A stretch of 62,000 nt of DNA from Octopus vulgaris (lineage: Eukaryota): NCBI GenBank assembly GCA_951406725.2, contig OX597814.1, positions 169,342,001-169,404,000 of the forward strand, in the 5' to 3' direction. The position numbers were made by a program, and so were the translations under genes. Within the stretch, counting starts at the first letter, position 1. Each line of letters begins with the position of its first letter. Of the stretch, positions 11,794 through 24,808 are shown piece by piece. Under the pieces are notes generated by a model. The model made no database searches and was not told the DNA's origin. It saw only the letters and a list, made by a program, of their open reading frames with translations.

Positions 11794-12994
11794 TATTACT
11801 AATTTCTGTGAGTCATTTGCAAATACCATATCTGCCAATAGTGGAATGTCTCTTATTTTCCTTGCACAGATCTTTCCGTGAAAAATTCATGATTTTACTT
11901 GCCGTTGGCAATACAAATTCATTACCAGTTTTGTGATTGGTTTCTTAGTTTTTGTAATTAAGTATACAGTTTTGTATGATAACTCTATATTTTACTCCAA
12001 CCAGTGTTTATTTTTCAAAATATTGTTTTGTCCTTTCAAAAAATTCAGCAATTTTCTTTGAAGTTATAATGATTTGTTTTGCCTAAGAAGCATGTCTACT
12101 ATTGAGATGTTTTAATTTAGAAAGATTTCATATTTTCATTTGCCTAATATTCGTTACAATTAAAGTGACTGGACGGTGTTCTTCATGCCTAAGAGCTAAA
12201 GTAAACCGATATTGGGAGAGAGAGAGAGAGAAAGAGAGAGTTCGGTCGTAATTTTAATTTTGTGCAGCATTATTCAGTCACTTTCAGATTCAGGTCACTG
12301 CTTCCAGCTTCTGAAAGAACTACCACTTCACCCTTTTAAATGTCATGTTCTTCTTTGACAAATTTAACCCAAATGAAAGTTAGTCAAGATGGCATTATTA
12401 CTTGTGTAATAAATTCAAAATTGAAATATTTAAAACCTCGTTTTTTTTTTTTATACATTTATTAAAATAATTAGATGCGATATAAAGTTATGCTGGAAAA
12501 CGGAAAAAAATTGCTTAATTTGTTGATTTTACATAAAAATTATACAATTACACACAAGTTACAATTAAATTAACTCAATGATACAGACTGATGCGACAGT
12601 TCAATCTACTTTCAGATTGAGAATTCAAAATCATGGCTGTAAACACACATCATGTTAACACCACCATTCGCAAATAAACATTTTCCTCTTTTAGTAAAAC
12701 ATACAGCCTGATCATAAATCAAGGTGCAAAGTATTGCGAAGCACAATACCAAAAACACAACTAATCATTAGAAAATGTTACTAAAGGTACGGAAATTAGT
12801 ATTGCTTACAAAATATACAAATATCTTGTTTGTATGTGCTCTGTTACTCTATCGACATGGGTCGTATTTCTAGTGGAAATGTATAAATAAAATTATGTAT
12901 ACACAACTCGTTTTCATCAGAAGGTGATAGAATGAGAAGTATGAAAGTGATAATGCTTTTTATACGCTTTAGCATTACCACAATTCTTAAAACT

Positions 12995-13222
12995 TATTGC
13001 CCACAAGGGGCTAAACACAGAGGGGACAAATAAGGACAGACAAAGGGATTAAGTCGATTACATCGACCCCAGTGCGTAACTGGTACTTATTTAATCGACC
13101 CCGAAAGGATGAAAGGTAAAGTCAACCTCGGTGGAATTTGAACTCAGAACATAACAGCAGACAAAATGCTGCTAAGCATTTCATTGGCATGCTAACATTT
13201 CTGCCAGCTCGCTGCCTTAAAA
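12995..13222 (-). mobile_element. tRNA-derived SINE family B (Meta-domain-like) with 24-bp TSD
   Basis: GCCTTTCATCCTTTCGGGGTCGAT core; AGCATTACCACAATTCTTAAAACT at 12971-12994 and 13223-13246. Confidence 0.9.
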
Positions 13223-13260
13223 AGCATTACCACAATTCTTAAAACTGCCAGAATCTACAG

Positions 13261-13425
13261 ACCCCAACTGAAAATTCAAGAAAACTCAAATGTCATCTGT
13301 TAGAGAAACACATTGGATCCATAACCAAGAATCGAAGCCTTGGTCTTTTATGTTTCGGTCTATTGTTCTTGGTATCTGCATTTGGAATTTATTATTTCAA
13401 CCTGTCAAATTGGTGAACATCTTAG
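13261..13425 (+). CDS. Candidate exon, possibly encoding a C-terminal transmembrane anchor
   Basis: Frame ...KNRSLGLLCFGLLFLVSAFGIYYFNLSNW* (stop 13414-16); donor TAG|gtgaga at 13426 and acceptor ttttctcag at 13540; an alternative open frame exists. Confidence 0.4.
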
Positions 13426-13989
13426 GTGAGACAGAGTTCAGTTTAGATGTCCCGATCAATTCTGTTGTTATTGACTTAATTCAACTTTAGCACAGCTATA
13501 AATTCGAGTTACCTATAGAAACTCATTCTCTTTTCTCAGGAACTTTTAGAGAATTAACTTCTCTCTTTCTCTTTTCCTTTGCCACATGGTAGAGAATTAA
13601 CTTGTCATTAGTGACAACCACACGTGAGCAGGCTGCTACAACAACTGAAAGATTCTCTATCAAAACTAACATTTTTATTTACTTTCAAGCCGTTGTAGTT
13701 GTGAAAAACTTTGTTACGATTGAACAAAATCTATGGTAATCATAAACTATTTCTTTCAATACATCTGGAAATGGTAAACTATGCAACATGCAACCTCTCC
13801 TCAAATGCTTCCTTTCTCAGCCTTTTCTATAACTTGCAACGTCTCCTCTGTGCTACAACCTGCCAATCACAATTATGCCATTATATTCAATGACCTCTAC
13901 ATATCACATTTAACTGCTACAGTTGGTAACTCCCGACGCTTCCAGCACGCTACACATCTCTCGGGGGTAGAACATGAAAGACCATGGGA

Positions 13990-14290
13990 TTGCACCTAGA
14001 AAGTTATCCTCAGAGGCACAAGTCCGAGCAAGGTTATTTATGGAAGACCAGCAGTCGCCCATAACATTCTCTCCTCTCCACATCACCGATGTTATCCAAG
14101 CAAAAGGCAAAGGCTGATACAGCTTAGCACCAGTGACGTCACAAATCATTTCTACAGTTAAGTGAACTCGAGCAACATGAAATAAAGTGTCTTGCTCAAG
14201 AACACAACATACAGCCCGGTCTGAGAATCGAACTCACTACTTCATGATTGTCAGCTCGACGCTCTAGCCACTGAACCATGTGCCTTCACA
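13990..14290 (-). mobile_element. SINE family C
   Basis: Reverse complement of the CORE-like head and body seen at 23968. Confidence 0.75.
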
Positions 14291-15246
14291 TAGGGTAATT
14301 AAAAGCAGTAACGTTCATATACTGTTGACTCAAATGTTGCTGAAGGTGAGGTGTGTACATGTTTATTTATATACACATTTCAATACATATGTATATTTAC
14401 ACACAAACACACCTATGCCCAGGTAAAGGTTATATACAATGTGTATGTTTTATTGAACTTCGATTACGTATCATTGCGTTTAATCTCTATCACTCTCCCC
14501 TTTCTATTTATAAATGAGGGTGTGTGTATAATTTTTACAAGGAAAAGATTGAAAGTTACGTTTAAGTTTGTCTAACCTTATATATACTTTTTAGTTCAGC
14601 TTGTGGGTAAAGCATTGTGGTTGCAAGGTTGGTGTGCATACACAAACACTTGCAAAAACACTTGTGCAAAACCATTGTCAATATTGTTAGTTTTAAATAA
14701 ACATACATAAATACATAGTACATACAGTCTTTTGTCTGTGTATGTAGCTACAAAACTACTCACACACAGACCAATGTTTCCCAGTAGCTCGTATCAAATC
14801 TTTTCTACTTATTAATATATATATATAATCAATATATATATATATATTTCATTATATATTCATATATAAATTAATCCGCTTAAAATATAAGAAAACATCA
14901 TTTATTTCAATAAAACATATGATATATAATTAATCCCGAATGTTTAATGAAAAATGAATAATAAAAATAAAACAAAAAAAAAATTGTTCCATAATTATAA
15001 CCAATTCAACGAATTGTCCAATTTTAATCAGTATCTTGAGTTTAACGGCATTTTTTCTGGCTCTACATTTTTAGAACCAGTTAAGTACTGAGGTCGGAGG
15101 GATTGACAGGTTCCCTCTTCCTAAAATAACTGGCCTTGCGCTAAAGTTAGAAAATTTTGTTTGTAAGATGTTGAGACATCTTCTTCCCTTTCTCTTCCTT
15201 ATCTTCTATATTTTTTCGGATCTTTTCTGTTTGGCTGCATTCACAT

Positions 15247-16045
15247 TTAAGTATAGTATATTAATACCTCAAAATGAATACTGTTGGAAAAATTGAGATA
15301 ATAAGGATTGATTCATCACTAAAAGATATACCCATACCAACCACGGACTATTACATCATAGAATTAATATATAAGATTAACGAATTTATAAGATATATAT
15401 GTATGCTAATAAGGTTCTCATTTTATTAAATGAATAAATAATCCAACATTCTAATATCCGAAAGTTGATGAACAAACTAAATTTGTTTCTCCATTTTCTT
15501 ATTTGTATTATAAATTAAAGGTAAAAATATTTCTTTACCTTCATCCGTTTAATACAATAAATGAGTTAATTGCATTGCAATTAAAAGCATTTATGTATTA
15601 AGAATCTGAGTACTTTACCAACAGTATATTGGATAAATACTATCCCTTAGTGGGTTACACCCATAACCCCTAACTTACTTTGTGTTATAAAATTAATTAT
15701 TTGAGGAATATCTATTGCTAATACTTGTATATGTATGAATTATCTATGCAATATTTGGAGTATTGCTAGTATAAGTGAATGCAATTAAGTATAGTATATT
15801 AATACCTCAAAATGAATACTGTTGGAAAAATGGAGATACTAAGGATTGAGTCATCACTAAAAGATATACCCATACCAACAAAGGACTATTACATCAAAGA
15901 ATTAATATATAGGAGAATTTATAAGATATATATGTATGCTATTAAGGTTCTCATTTTGTTAAATGAATAAATAATCCAACATTCTAATATCCGAAAGCTG
16001 ATGAACAAACTAAATTTGTTTCTCTATTTTCTTATTTGTATTATA
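15247..16045. repeat. ~265-bp direct repeats (15247-15512 and 15785-16045)
   Basis: Roughly 90% identical by eye, ~270-bp unique spacer. Confidence 0.9.
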
Positions 16046-16313
16046 TATATATATATATATGTATGTGTGTCTATGTTTGTGTCTGTATTTGTCCCCCCAA
16101 CATTGACAACCGATGTTGGTGTGTTTACGTTCCCGTAACTTAGCGGTTTGGCAAAAGAGACCAATAGAATAACTACTAGGCTTACAAAGAATCAGTCCTG
16201 GGGTCAATTTGCTTGACTAAACAAGTAAAAGAGTAAAAGAGTATACTGCTTAGAACACATTCAGATAAATTTGTTTTTTTTTTGGTTTTGTTGTTGGAAA
16301 TGGAGATCTTTAC

Positions 16314-16347
16314 CATTTGGTGCCCTGTGCTGAATTTCCGAAATTTT
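16314..16347 (-). CDS. Candidate 34-nt exon (ENFGNSAQGTK)
   Basis: atttatgcag|...AATG|gtaaaa; phase 1-2 continues 18191-18263. Confidence 0.5.
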
Positions 16348-16622
16348 CTGCATAAATGTAGTTTTGTATGCTAATTACGAAAATCACGTTTCTTTGTTTT
16401 TCTTCTTTTTTTTTTAGCAATACTTTCCAGCTTTTGCTCAGGGCCAACAAGTTTGAAGAGAGAGAAAAATCAATTTTATATAAATCAATACTCAACTAGT
16501 ACTCATTTTTTTCTACCCCGAAAGGATAAAAAGCATAGTTGACCTAGACCACATTTGAACTCGGAACGTAAAGAGCCGGAAGAAATGCCACTGAGAGTTT
16601 TGTCTGGTGCAGTAATGATTCT

Positions 16623-16819
16623 GGCAGTCCATTTTGGGGAGGGAATGAAGTTGAGTATATTGACCCCAGTGTTTCACTGGTACTTAATTTATCGACCCTG
16701 AGAGGATGAAAGGCAAAGATCAACTTTGCTTTTCATCCTTTCGGGGTCAATAAATTAAGTACCAATGAAACACTGGGGTCAATGTACTCAACTTCATCCC
16801 TTCCCCCAAAATGGCTGCC
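16623..16819. repeat. Two family-B SINE bodies in inverted orientation forming a ~95-bp hairpin
   Basis: 16623-16718 vs 16724-16819, 5-nt loop. Confidence 0.85.
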
Positions 16820-17283
16820 ATAAGTGACAAAATTTGAAACCATTATTATGATTATTATTATTATTATTATTATTGCGACATAAATAATAAAAACAATATC
16901 AAAACAAACCTTTTAACATTGAAATTATTGTTAATTTTAGCCCAACAGAAGCCTCAATAACCGACATGTCAGAAATTGTAATGTGTTTTCCTAGCAACAC
17001 AGTACAGGTAGGTTGCCTCAAAACAATTGTGGAAGCAGATGAAATGATGTTCTCAAGGATACATTTAGGGTTCGGCTTCTGTGGTAGTTAATTTCTTTTA
17101 TTTGGAACTGGTGTACTCATTGAGCCACCTTACCTTTTGCTTTGCTGTGTAAATTAGTTTCATGATGTCAGTTCAGACTTCATGCCAAGATGTCACAGTT
17201 TTATAAGAAACGACCTGGGAATCCAAGACAAAATGTAAAGTTTCTTTACGATCAGTATATTTCTTTCTCAGCTCACATTTAAC

Positions 17284-17670
17284 TACTCTTTTACTTGTTT
17301 CAGTCATGTGACTGTGGCCATGCTGGAGCACCGCCTTTAGTTGAGCAAATCGACCCCAGGACTTATTCTTTGTAAGCCTAGTACTTATTCTATCGGTTTA
17401 TTTAGCCGAATCGCTAAGTTACGGGGACGTAAACACACCAGCGTCGGTTGTCAAGCGATATTAGGGGGACAAACACAGACACACAAACATATACACACAC
17501 ATACATATATACGACGGGCTTCTTTAAGTTTCCATCAATCAAATCTGCTCAAAAGGCTGTGGTCGCCTCGAGGGTACAATAGAAAACATTGTCCAAAGTG
17601 CCACGGTGTTTGATTGAACCCGGAACCATGTGTTTCGAAGCAAACTTCTTATCAAACAGCACGCCTGCGT
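17284..17670 (-). mobile_element. SINE family A, CpG-retaining copy
   Basis: Similarity to 930-1313. Confidence 0.88.
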
Positions 17671-18190
17671 TGTGATCAGTAAAAAAAAAAAACCCTACGA
17701 ATCTTAATACACTTTCAAGAATAAACGAGTTCTTTTAGCCCTGTACTATTATAGCATTCAAACATATCTTGACAAAAGAAAATATAGCCATTGTTTGCAC
17801 AGTTAACTCAAGATACGATTTTCCCTAAACTCAGTAAGGTCTAAAGCAGTTAGCGGTAAACTGCAGCCTGTAGGACTTGGGACTTTCTAAATGGCACCCT
17901 TAACGAAAAATTACCTCGAATTCTTTTTAGCAGTGCGCCCACCGAACCCAGGTAAAAAAAAAAAGTTACAGGAAAAAAGTCACAGGAAAAAAAAAATGGT
18001 AACGCTAGCACTGTTTCTGCATCTTTCTCTAATAGAGAAGTTAACTGTCGAATTCTCACCCTTTTAAGCTTAATGTGTCAATCAGTTTCTAAAGGAATAT
18101 GCAGAACTGATGGTAAATTAATGATTTTCTTTCCTAGCCAAAATTGCGACTTCTTTTCTATGTGACTTTATTACCGGCCACTGCGCTAAC

Positions 18191-18263
18191 CTGATGATGA
18201 ACCATGTCCCATGTTGCCCGCTTTTCGAAAAACGTAGCTCATTCTTAGTCTAACGAAGTCAAA
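18191..18263 (-). CDS. Candidate exon containing MGHGSSS (possible N-myristoylated start)
   Basis: Branch-like cctaac + ttctttcag| acceptor, CAG|gttagc donor; open frame FDFVRLRMSYVFRKAGNMGHGSSS. Confidence 0.55.
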
Positions 18264-19097
18264 CTGAAAGAATACGTTAGGCAACGATGTAATTCTAGAT
18301 AAAATGAGATGACGGCAAGAGTTAGAATGTTAAATTACGAATACAGTTTATTTTGTATTATAGCTTAAATGGCTAGACACGGGAATCATTAATGTAATTA
18401 TCAAGATGGAATTTACGTGACACTGTGTATAATAAGGTTTAGTAAAATCCATCTTGCGTTAAAATATTAGTAGCTAAATATTCCACGGGTATTCGTATAA
18501 TTAGAGTAATTCTCAAATAGCTATTTGCGTCACCCAAAGTATACAAGGTCATGGCTTTTACATTAATACAGATCCCTTTGTTCATTTTATATTCTATTTT
18601 TATTTTTAAATTCCAATTATCTTCCCAATTTCACTCAAATAACTTGGGTCTACCCTATGTCACGGTAGAATACATTTGCCCAGTTATTGGTTTATGACAG
18701 CGAATCGACTTCTGGAGCATTCAACCATGCTTACGTTCGAGATTTCCTGTTTTTCTTTATTGGGTTTTTCTTTTATTTTGCTATTTTCTTATTTTAATAA
18801 ATTGTATTATTTTTTTCTTTCAATTGTTGTTGTTTTCCCGAGTTTTTATTGAAATATTTCCAGTGTTAAAAAAAAATTATAAAAAGAAGCACGTGTGTGT
18901 TCGTTTTTTTTTTTTTTGTATGTGTGTAATAAATACACACATACAAAAATACAACTACGAAGTCAAACCGAACACGACACGCAATTATACAAAACCAAAT
19001 ACATTCGCATCCATACAAACATACACAGCACGAGCTAATAAGGATCCCCTTTGCTGAACGTTATCGATTGAATTACAAGAAATAACAGCCAAATTAC

Positions 19098-19166
19098 CTT
19101 CCCCGTGATCCCAACTGTCTTATAATAGGAAGTACCCTTTAGAAAATATGGTCCTAGACAGAACAT
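19098..19166 (-). CDS. Candidate 69-nt exon (MFCLGPYFLKGTSYYKTVGITGK, or UTR)
   Basis: tttgtttttacag|...AAG|gtaatt, both strong; in frame with 18191-18263. Confidence 0.5.
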
Positions 19167-21129
19167 CTGTAAAAACAAAGACATGTCAACCAGAGCTAGC
19201 CTGGGCATAAAAAAAACGCATATACCATTAAGTCGCGCACACATACAACGTAGATAAGAATTCTCATACATATTTATATTATCATGCATACATATATTAC
19301 ATACACATGCATGCATTATCAACCATAAAGACAAACATTCATTCACTTAATTTTCGTTTAATGGACAGAGTTTTGGAATAGTTCTTCCTGGAAGTCTTAT
19401 ACCTGATAGAAAAGAAAAAGGGTACGGTAGTAAGGATGCAAAAGTTTTTATTAAAAAAATGGAAATTTTTCCGAACAAATTTCTTCTGCGTTTAATTTCC
19501 ACTGTATAAAACAATAACTAAAAATATTACCCTTTTCCTTTCACATAAGGTATGGAACTTCGAGGGGGAAAAACTACGCCATTAAATGTAGGTATTCATT
19601 CAATTTTAGTCTCGCTACGAAAACAGATGTTTATTGCAAAAAGAAGAAAAACGAGAGAAAGAAAAAGAATTGGGGATCGTATATTTTGGAAAGATATACA
19701 AACATTTGTTTACATCTTGCAGTGAGGCTAAAACTGCAGAGATACCAGAATAAAATTCGAATTATCAATTAAACGGTGTGTATCGCATAATTAATGAATT
19801 AAATACCCCTCTTCGTTGTCAATGAATGCACTATTGTGCAAATTAGACCGGTTATATCAGCTGAATTCTAGTTTGCGTTTGATTTAAATATATAGCAATA
19901 CCCTATTAATCTCTCCGTGGGTAGAAAATGCAGATATTTGTTGTTATATACGATGAAATAAATAGACAGGGCGATCCCAAATTCTTCTCTCTGCCCACGA
20001 AGTGATAAAAAAAAACATTTGCTTATGCCCAAATTGTTGGCATTAGGTGTTTACCGACGTTAGATTTCAGATTATGCAATAAAATGCTGTATATTGCATT
20101 ATTAATTAATGAATTAGACATACATAGTCATTTCCACATGTTACATTCGGCAATGTACACCCACACGAAAGCGCAGACACACACACACACATAACTAACC
20201 TCGAAGCCGACTACACAAACACACAGCAGATACAATGGTACACATATGCACGCATACGTGACCAAGGAAATAATTACGAATAACACAATTATCCAAAGAG
20301 GCAATCACAGGCACGCACACATACCTGTCTGTCATAAATATATATATATACACACACATACACACGTTCACGCTGTATAGATAGATAAATACACGCATCC
20401 AGGATGTGCGGATACAAACATACACATACATCCATAGACTGCAAACACACACGTATATAGACACGCATTTCCGCTGTGTAAATGCATACATACACACATC
20501 CAAAACGTGCTGAGGCAATCACATAGCCAAACTCTTCACTCACGTATACATCCATTATATGCACACACACACGAACACAAATTATATATATCGACACATA
20601 CATAACACTATTTGAGCCACGCTATACACTATACCAATCTTTATATCTCCTAAAGTACACACACACACACGCGCACGCACGCACGAACACACTCATGTCA
20701 TCTTAACAATGGAAACAGACACTACATTGAACTAAGCGTGTGTGTATGTGTCAATAAAGCGAATAGCAAATTGTACCACGTATATATATATGTGAATGAG
20801 TGTGTGTGTAGAACTAACTGTATTGCGTATATAGAGTAAATTACATTATGTGTATAGGTGACTGAGTGCGTGTGTAGAGCGAATTATACTGTGTACATAT
20901 GTGAGTGCGTTTACAGCGAATTGTATTGCATATGTATGTGCGTGTGTGTACAGAACTGTTGTAATGACTGTCTAGAAATTATACTGTACGTGAACGAAGC
21001 TTATTATATCGTGTATGTGTTTGTGAATGTATCGTTATTGTAACTGCGTGTTTCTGGTGTGTAGTGCTTTATTGTTTGTTACTCGATGTGAATCTGTGCA
21101 TTTGTTTTGGTATGTGTTTAAGGTTGTAA

Positions 21130-21577
21130 TGCTATCTATCTATCTATCTATTTATTTATCTACCTTCCTACCTACCTACCTATCTATCTGTCGGTCTAAG
21201 TATCTATGTCTGCCTGTCTGTCTATCTATCTATTTATCTATCTGTCGGTCTATCTTTTATCTATGTCTATCTATCTATCTATCTATCTGTCGGTCTAAGT
21301 ATCTATGTCTGCCTGTCTGTCTGTCTATCTATTTATCTATCTGTCGGGCTATCTAAGTATCTATGTCAGTCTATCTATCTATCTATCTTTCTATCTATCT
21401 GTCGGTCTAAGTATCTATGTCTGCCTGTCTGTCTGTCTATCTATTTATCTATCTGTCGGTCAATCTAAGTATCTATGTCTGTCTGTTTGTCTATCTGTCG
21501 GTCTAAGTATCTATGTCTGCCTGTCTGTCTATCTATTTATCTATCTGTCGGTCTATCTAAGTATTTATGTCTGTTTG

Positions 21578-21640
<63 letters not shown>

Positions 21641-21641
21641 G

Positions 21642-21709
<68 letters not shown>

Positions 21710-21749
21710 CCTATCTATCTTTCTGTCTATCTATCTATCTATCTCTCTG

Positions 21750-21805
<56 letters not shown>
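21130..21805. repeat. Composite (ATCT)n/(GTCT)n microsatellite with ~50-60-bp higher-order units at 21175-21570
   Basis: GTCGGTC..TAAGTATCTATGTC block recurs about 7-8 times. Confidence 0.9.
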
Positions 21806-22469
21806 ACATATCATCTTGATATCTGCTTATCACCACCTTTCTATCTTTCTATCTATCCGTTTATATTTAACTTGTGAGTATATGATTTATATATATGTGT
21901 GTGTGTGTGTGTGCTAATATTTTCGTATGTTGTGTCAATATGTTCATTTATACGTAAGGCGCCCCTTATTTGTACGAATATATATATGTGTGTGTATAAC
22001 GTAAAGTGCGTACTGATATGTTCGCAACGGGCAAGTAACCCATTAAAACAAATATTTACAAACACCAGAAACAAATAAAGGACAAATAAAGCAATTGCAA
22101 ACAAATTAATAAACTAAACAACATTCGCGTATAGCTAGATATATCCCCATATCTATCAGTGTACTTATATGTATATACGTGTATTCATAAGCATATTCGC
22201 ACGCACATACGTACGTACATATATGCGAACTAACAAAGTGGGTCTCCGTCGGTTTCAATACTAGGAAGTCTGTTATTCGATATACTGAACTTGTGTATAA
22301 ACGAACGAACAAGCGACTTAGTATTCCACGACAGTAATACTTTTTTCCCCCCTAGGGATAGGATTGGCTGTGTGGTTAAGAAACCAGTTTTATCACGAAG
22401 TGGTTTCGGGTTTAGTCACACTGCACGGCACCTTGGTGAGTGGTTTCTACTATAGCGCTGACCAAAGGA

Positions 22470-22620
22470 CGAAGACAGGTGGTGTAGAAAACAAACAGAT
22501 GTATTAGTATAACGCTCAGGAATAGAAAAAGTCTTTTACGTTTCGAACCTACGCTCTTCTACAGAAAGGGACACAGAAAAAACATGGAGAGAAAAAAATG
22601 TGTGTAGTGGCTAACGATCT
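22470..22620 (-). mobile_element. Penelope-type terminal fragment with hammerhead-like motif
   Basis: Minus strand: CTTT-CTGTAGA-A-GAGC-gtag-GTTC-GAAAC-GTA-AAAG (22531-22572). Confidence 0.5.
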
Positions 22621-23279
22621 TATATATATATATATTTGTGTATCTCTGTGTGCAACCATGTAGTAAATATATAAACAGGGCAACTTAATAAGTTCTCCGG
22701 AGATTGAAAAAAATAATGATAATAAATAATCGATGACCAGTCATAATTAATTTTCGAATTTTATTGAATTCTTATCAGTGGGAACTTTCATAAATTAGAT
22801 CTACATTACGATAGTGAGTTGCTAAGCTGTTTATATACTAAACAAATACATTAGTTACAAAGAACTGGGCCTAGTAATTTTTATATTACAAGTGTTTAAC
22901 ACTCTCTTAAATATCAAGAGCCTGTCAACGAGGATCTCAGTTCAGACAGTACCAAGGTATGATATATGGAACCTCTGTGTGTGTGTGTGTGTGGGGGGGG
23001 GGATTGTGCCACACTACAACCACTTGATAACCAGTGTTGGTATGTTTATATTCCTGTTACCTAGCAGTTCAGCAAAAGAGAACAATGGAGTAAGCACCAG
23101 ATTTTAAAATGAATCCTAAAATCCTAAAAAATGAATTTATTCAAATCTAGATTTAAAAATGAATCCTAAAATCCTAAAAAATGAATTTATTCAACTAAAC
23201 AAGTGGTTCTCAACCAAGGCTCATATGACCCTTGGAGGTCCACATAAGATTTTGTTGTTAAAATTTATGAGCAATGAAT

Positions 23280-23655
23280 AGGCGCATGAGTGGCTGTGTG
23301 GTAAGAAGCTTGCCTCCAAACCACAGGGTTCTGGGTTCAATCCCACTGCATAGCACCTTGGGCAAATGTCTCCTACTATAGCCTCAGGCCAACCAAAGCC
23401 TTATGAGTGGATTTGATAGATGGAAACTGAAAGAAGCCCATATATATGTATATATATATACAGGGCCATGAATGATCTTATCCCATATTTTGGATTTATA
23501 TATGTATATATATATATATGTATTTGTGTGTCTGTGCTTGTCCCCCCACCATTACTTGACAACCAATGTTGGTGTGCTTACATCCCTGTAACTTGATGGT
23601 TTGGCAAAAGAGACCAATAGAATAAGTACTAAGCTTACAAAGAATAAGTCCTGCA
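23280..23655 (+). mobile_element. SINE family A
   Basis: Similarity to 930-1313. Confidence 0.85.
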
Positions 23656-23746
23656 TAGATATATATACAGGCATGCGTACACATGCATATATGTACATCC
23701 ATATATACATGCACCTATATATCCATACATACATGCACATACATAT

Positions 23747-23963
23747 TAGGGTGTGCTGAAAAGTTCCTGACTTTAAGGGTGTCATGAAAGGTCTGGTTGG
23801 AGGCTCAACCTTCTGAGTTTTTTGCAGGGCTTAGAAAAACTGAAGGACCGCTGCAATAAGTGTGTGAGTCTGAGAGAGGAATATGCTGAATAAAATCATA
23901 ATTAGCTGATCCTCCTGTATTTTCTTTTAACCAAAGCCCGGAACTTTTCAGCAATCTCTTGTA
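23747..23963 (+). mobile_element. Mariner-derived MITE
   Basis: TIR GTGTGCTGAAAAGTTCC..CTTT; retains mariner C-terminus QGLEKLKDRCNKCVSLREEYAE*; second copy at 40647-40865. Confidence 0.85.
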
Positions 23964-23967
23964 CATA

Positions 23968-24222
23968 TGGAGGTGCATGGCTTAGTGGTTAGGGTGTACG
24001 CATCATGATCGTAAGATTGTGGTTTCAATTCCTGGACCGGGCAACGCATTGTGTTCTTGAGCAAAACACTTCATTTCACGTTGCTCCAGTCCATGCAGCT
24101 GGCAAAAATGAATAACGTTGTGATGGACTGGCGTCCCGTCCAGCTGGGGAACGCATACACCATAGAAACTGGGAAACTGGGCCCATGAACCTGGCTAGGC
24201 TTTAAAAAGGGTGCAATGGTGG
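23968..24222 (+). mobile_element. SINE family C (CORE plus V-like domain)
   Basis: A/B boxes, GTGTTCTTGAGCAAAACACTT, GATGGACTGGCGTCCCGTCCAG. Confidence 0.85.
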
Positions 24223-24564
24223 TGCATCAGCATGGCTGCAGCTCTGAGCTGAAACTAGAGAGAAAAAGAAATGTACACTCATGGATATACATATCCTTCT
24301 ATCTATGCATACACATATATATTCACATACATTTATGCATATTTACATACAAGCAAACTCAGATGTCATAATGGAGATATTTTAAATGCTTCCTCATCAC
24401 ATGTATGTACATAAACTGCTTTTATTATGTGTGTCCAGGACTGTCATAGTTGTAGAGCTTGTTGCCTAGCCTGAGGTCAACTGATCAAGTAAAATATTGA
24501 TCAAAGGCACTCCAACTGTGACAATCCTGTCTATATTATCAAATGTTCCCTTTAAGATAGAAGT

Positions 24565-24770
24565 CACCAGCATCAAAGCCATGCTGTTAAAGTTACAGTC
24601 ACACTGGGCAGGACACATTTCCTGAATGGAAGATTATCTTTGAGACAAGATTGTGCTGTAGGGCGAACTCTCCACATTTGACAGAAGGCTGCCAAAGAAA
24701 GAGTATAATAGGCACTTTGAAGAACTCCCTTGATGTCTATTAAATTGACTATTGACAATTGTCTGCTATT
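24565..24770 (+). pseudogene. Decayed BovB-like RTE C-terminal fragment
   Basis: SIKAMLLKLQSHWAGHIS*MED..KIVL*GELST, resembling the BovB SIEAMLL..LRWAGHVSRMED..PKIVLYGELST motif. Confidence 0.6.
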
Positions 24771-24808
24771 GCTTCCATTTGTGATGTATGGTGATATACC
24801 GTTTACCT

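Larger units (their letters stand above)
17830..22330. promoter_or_regulatory. CpG-rich, promoter-like zone
   Basis: CG dinucleotides visibly more frequent than in most of the window; candidate 5' exons diverge from it. Confidence 0.35.

Noticed and set aside
18193-18267. C/D-box snoRNA (ATGATGA...CTGA, ~75 nt)
   Set aside because: No terminal stem or recognisable rRNA guide; better explained as the reverse complement of a candidate exon and its acceptor
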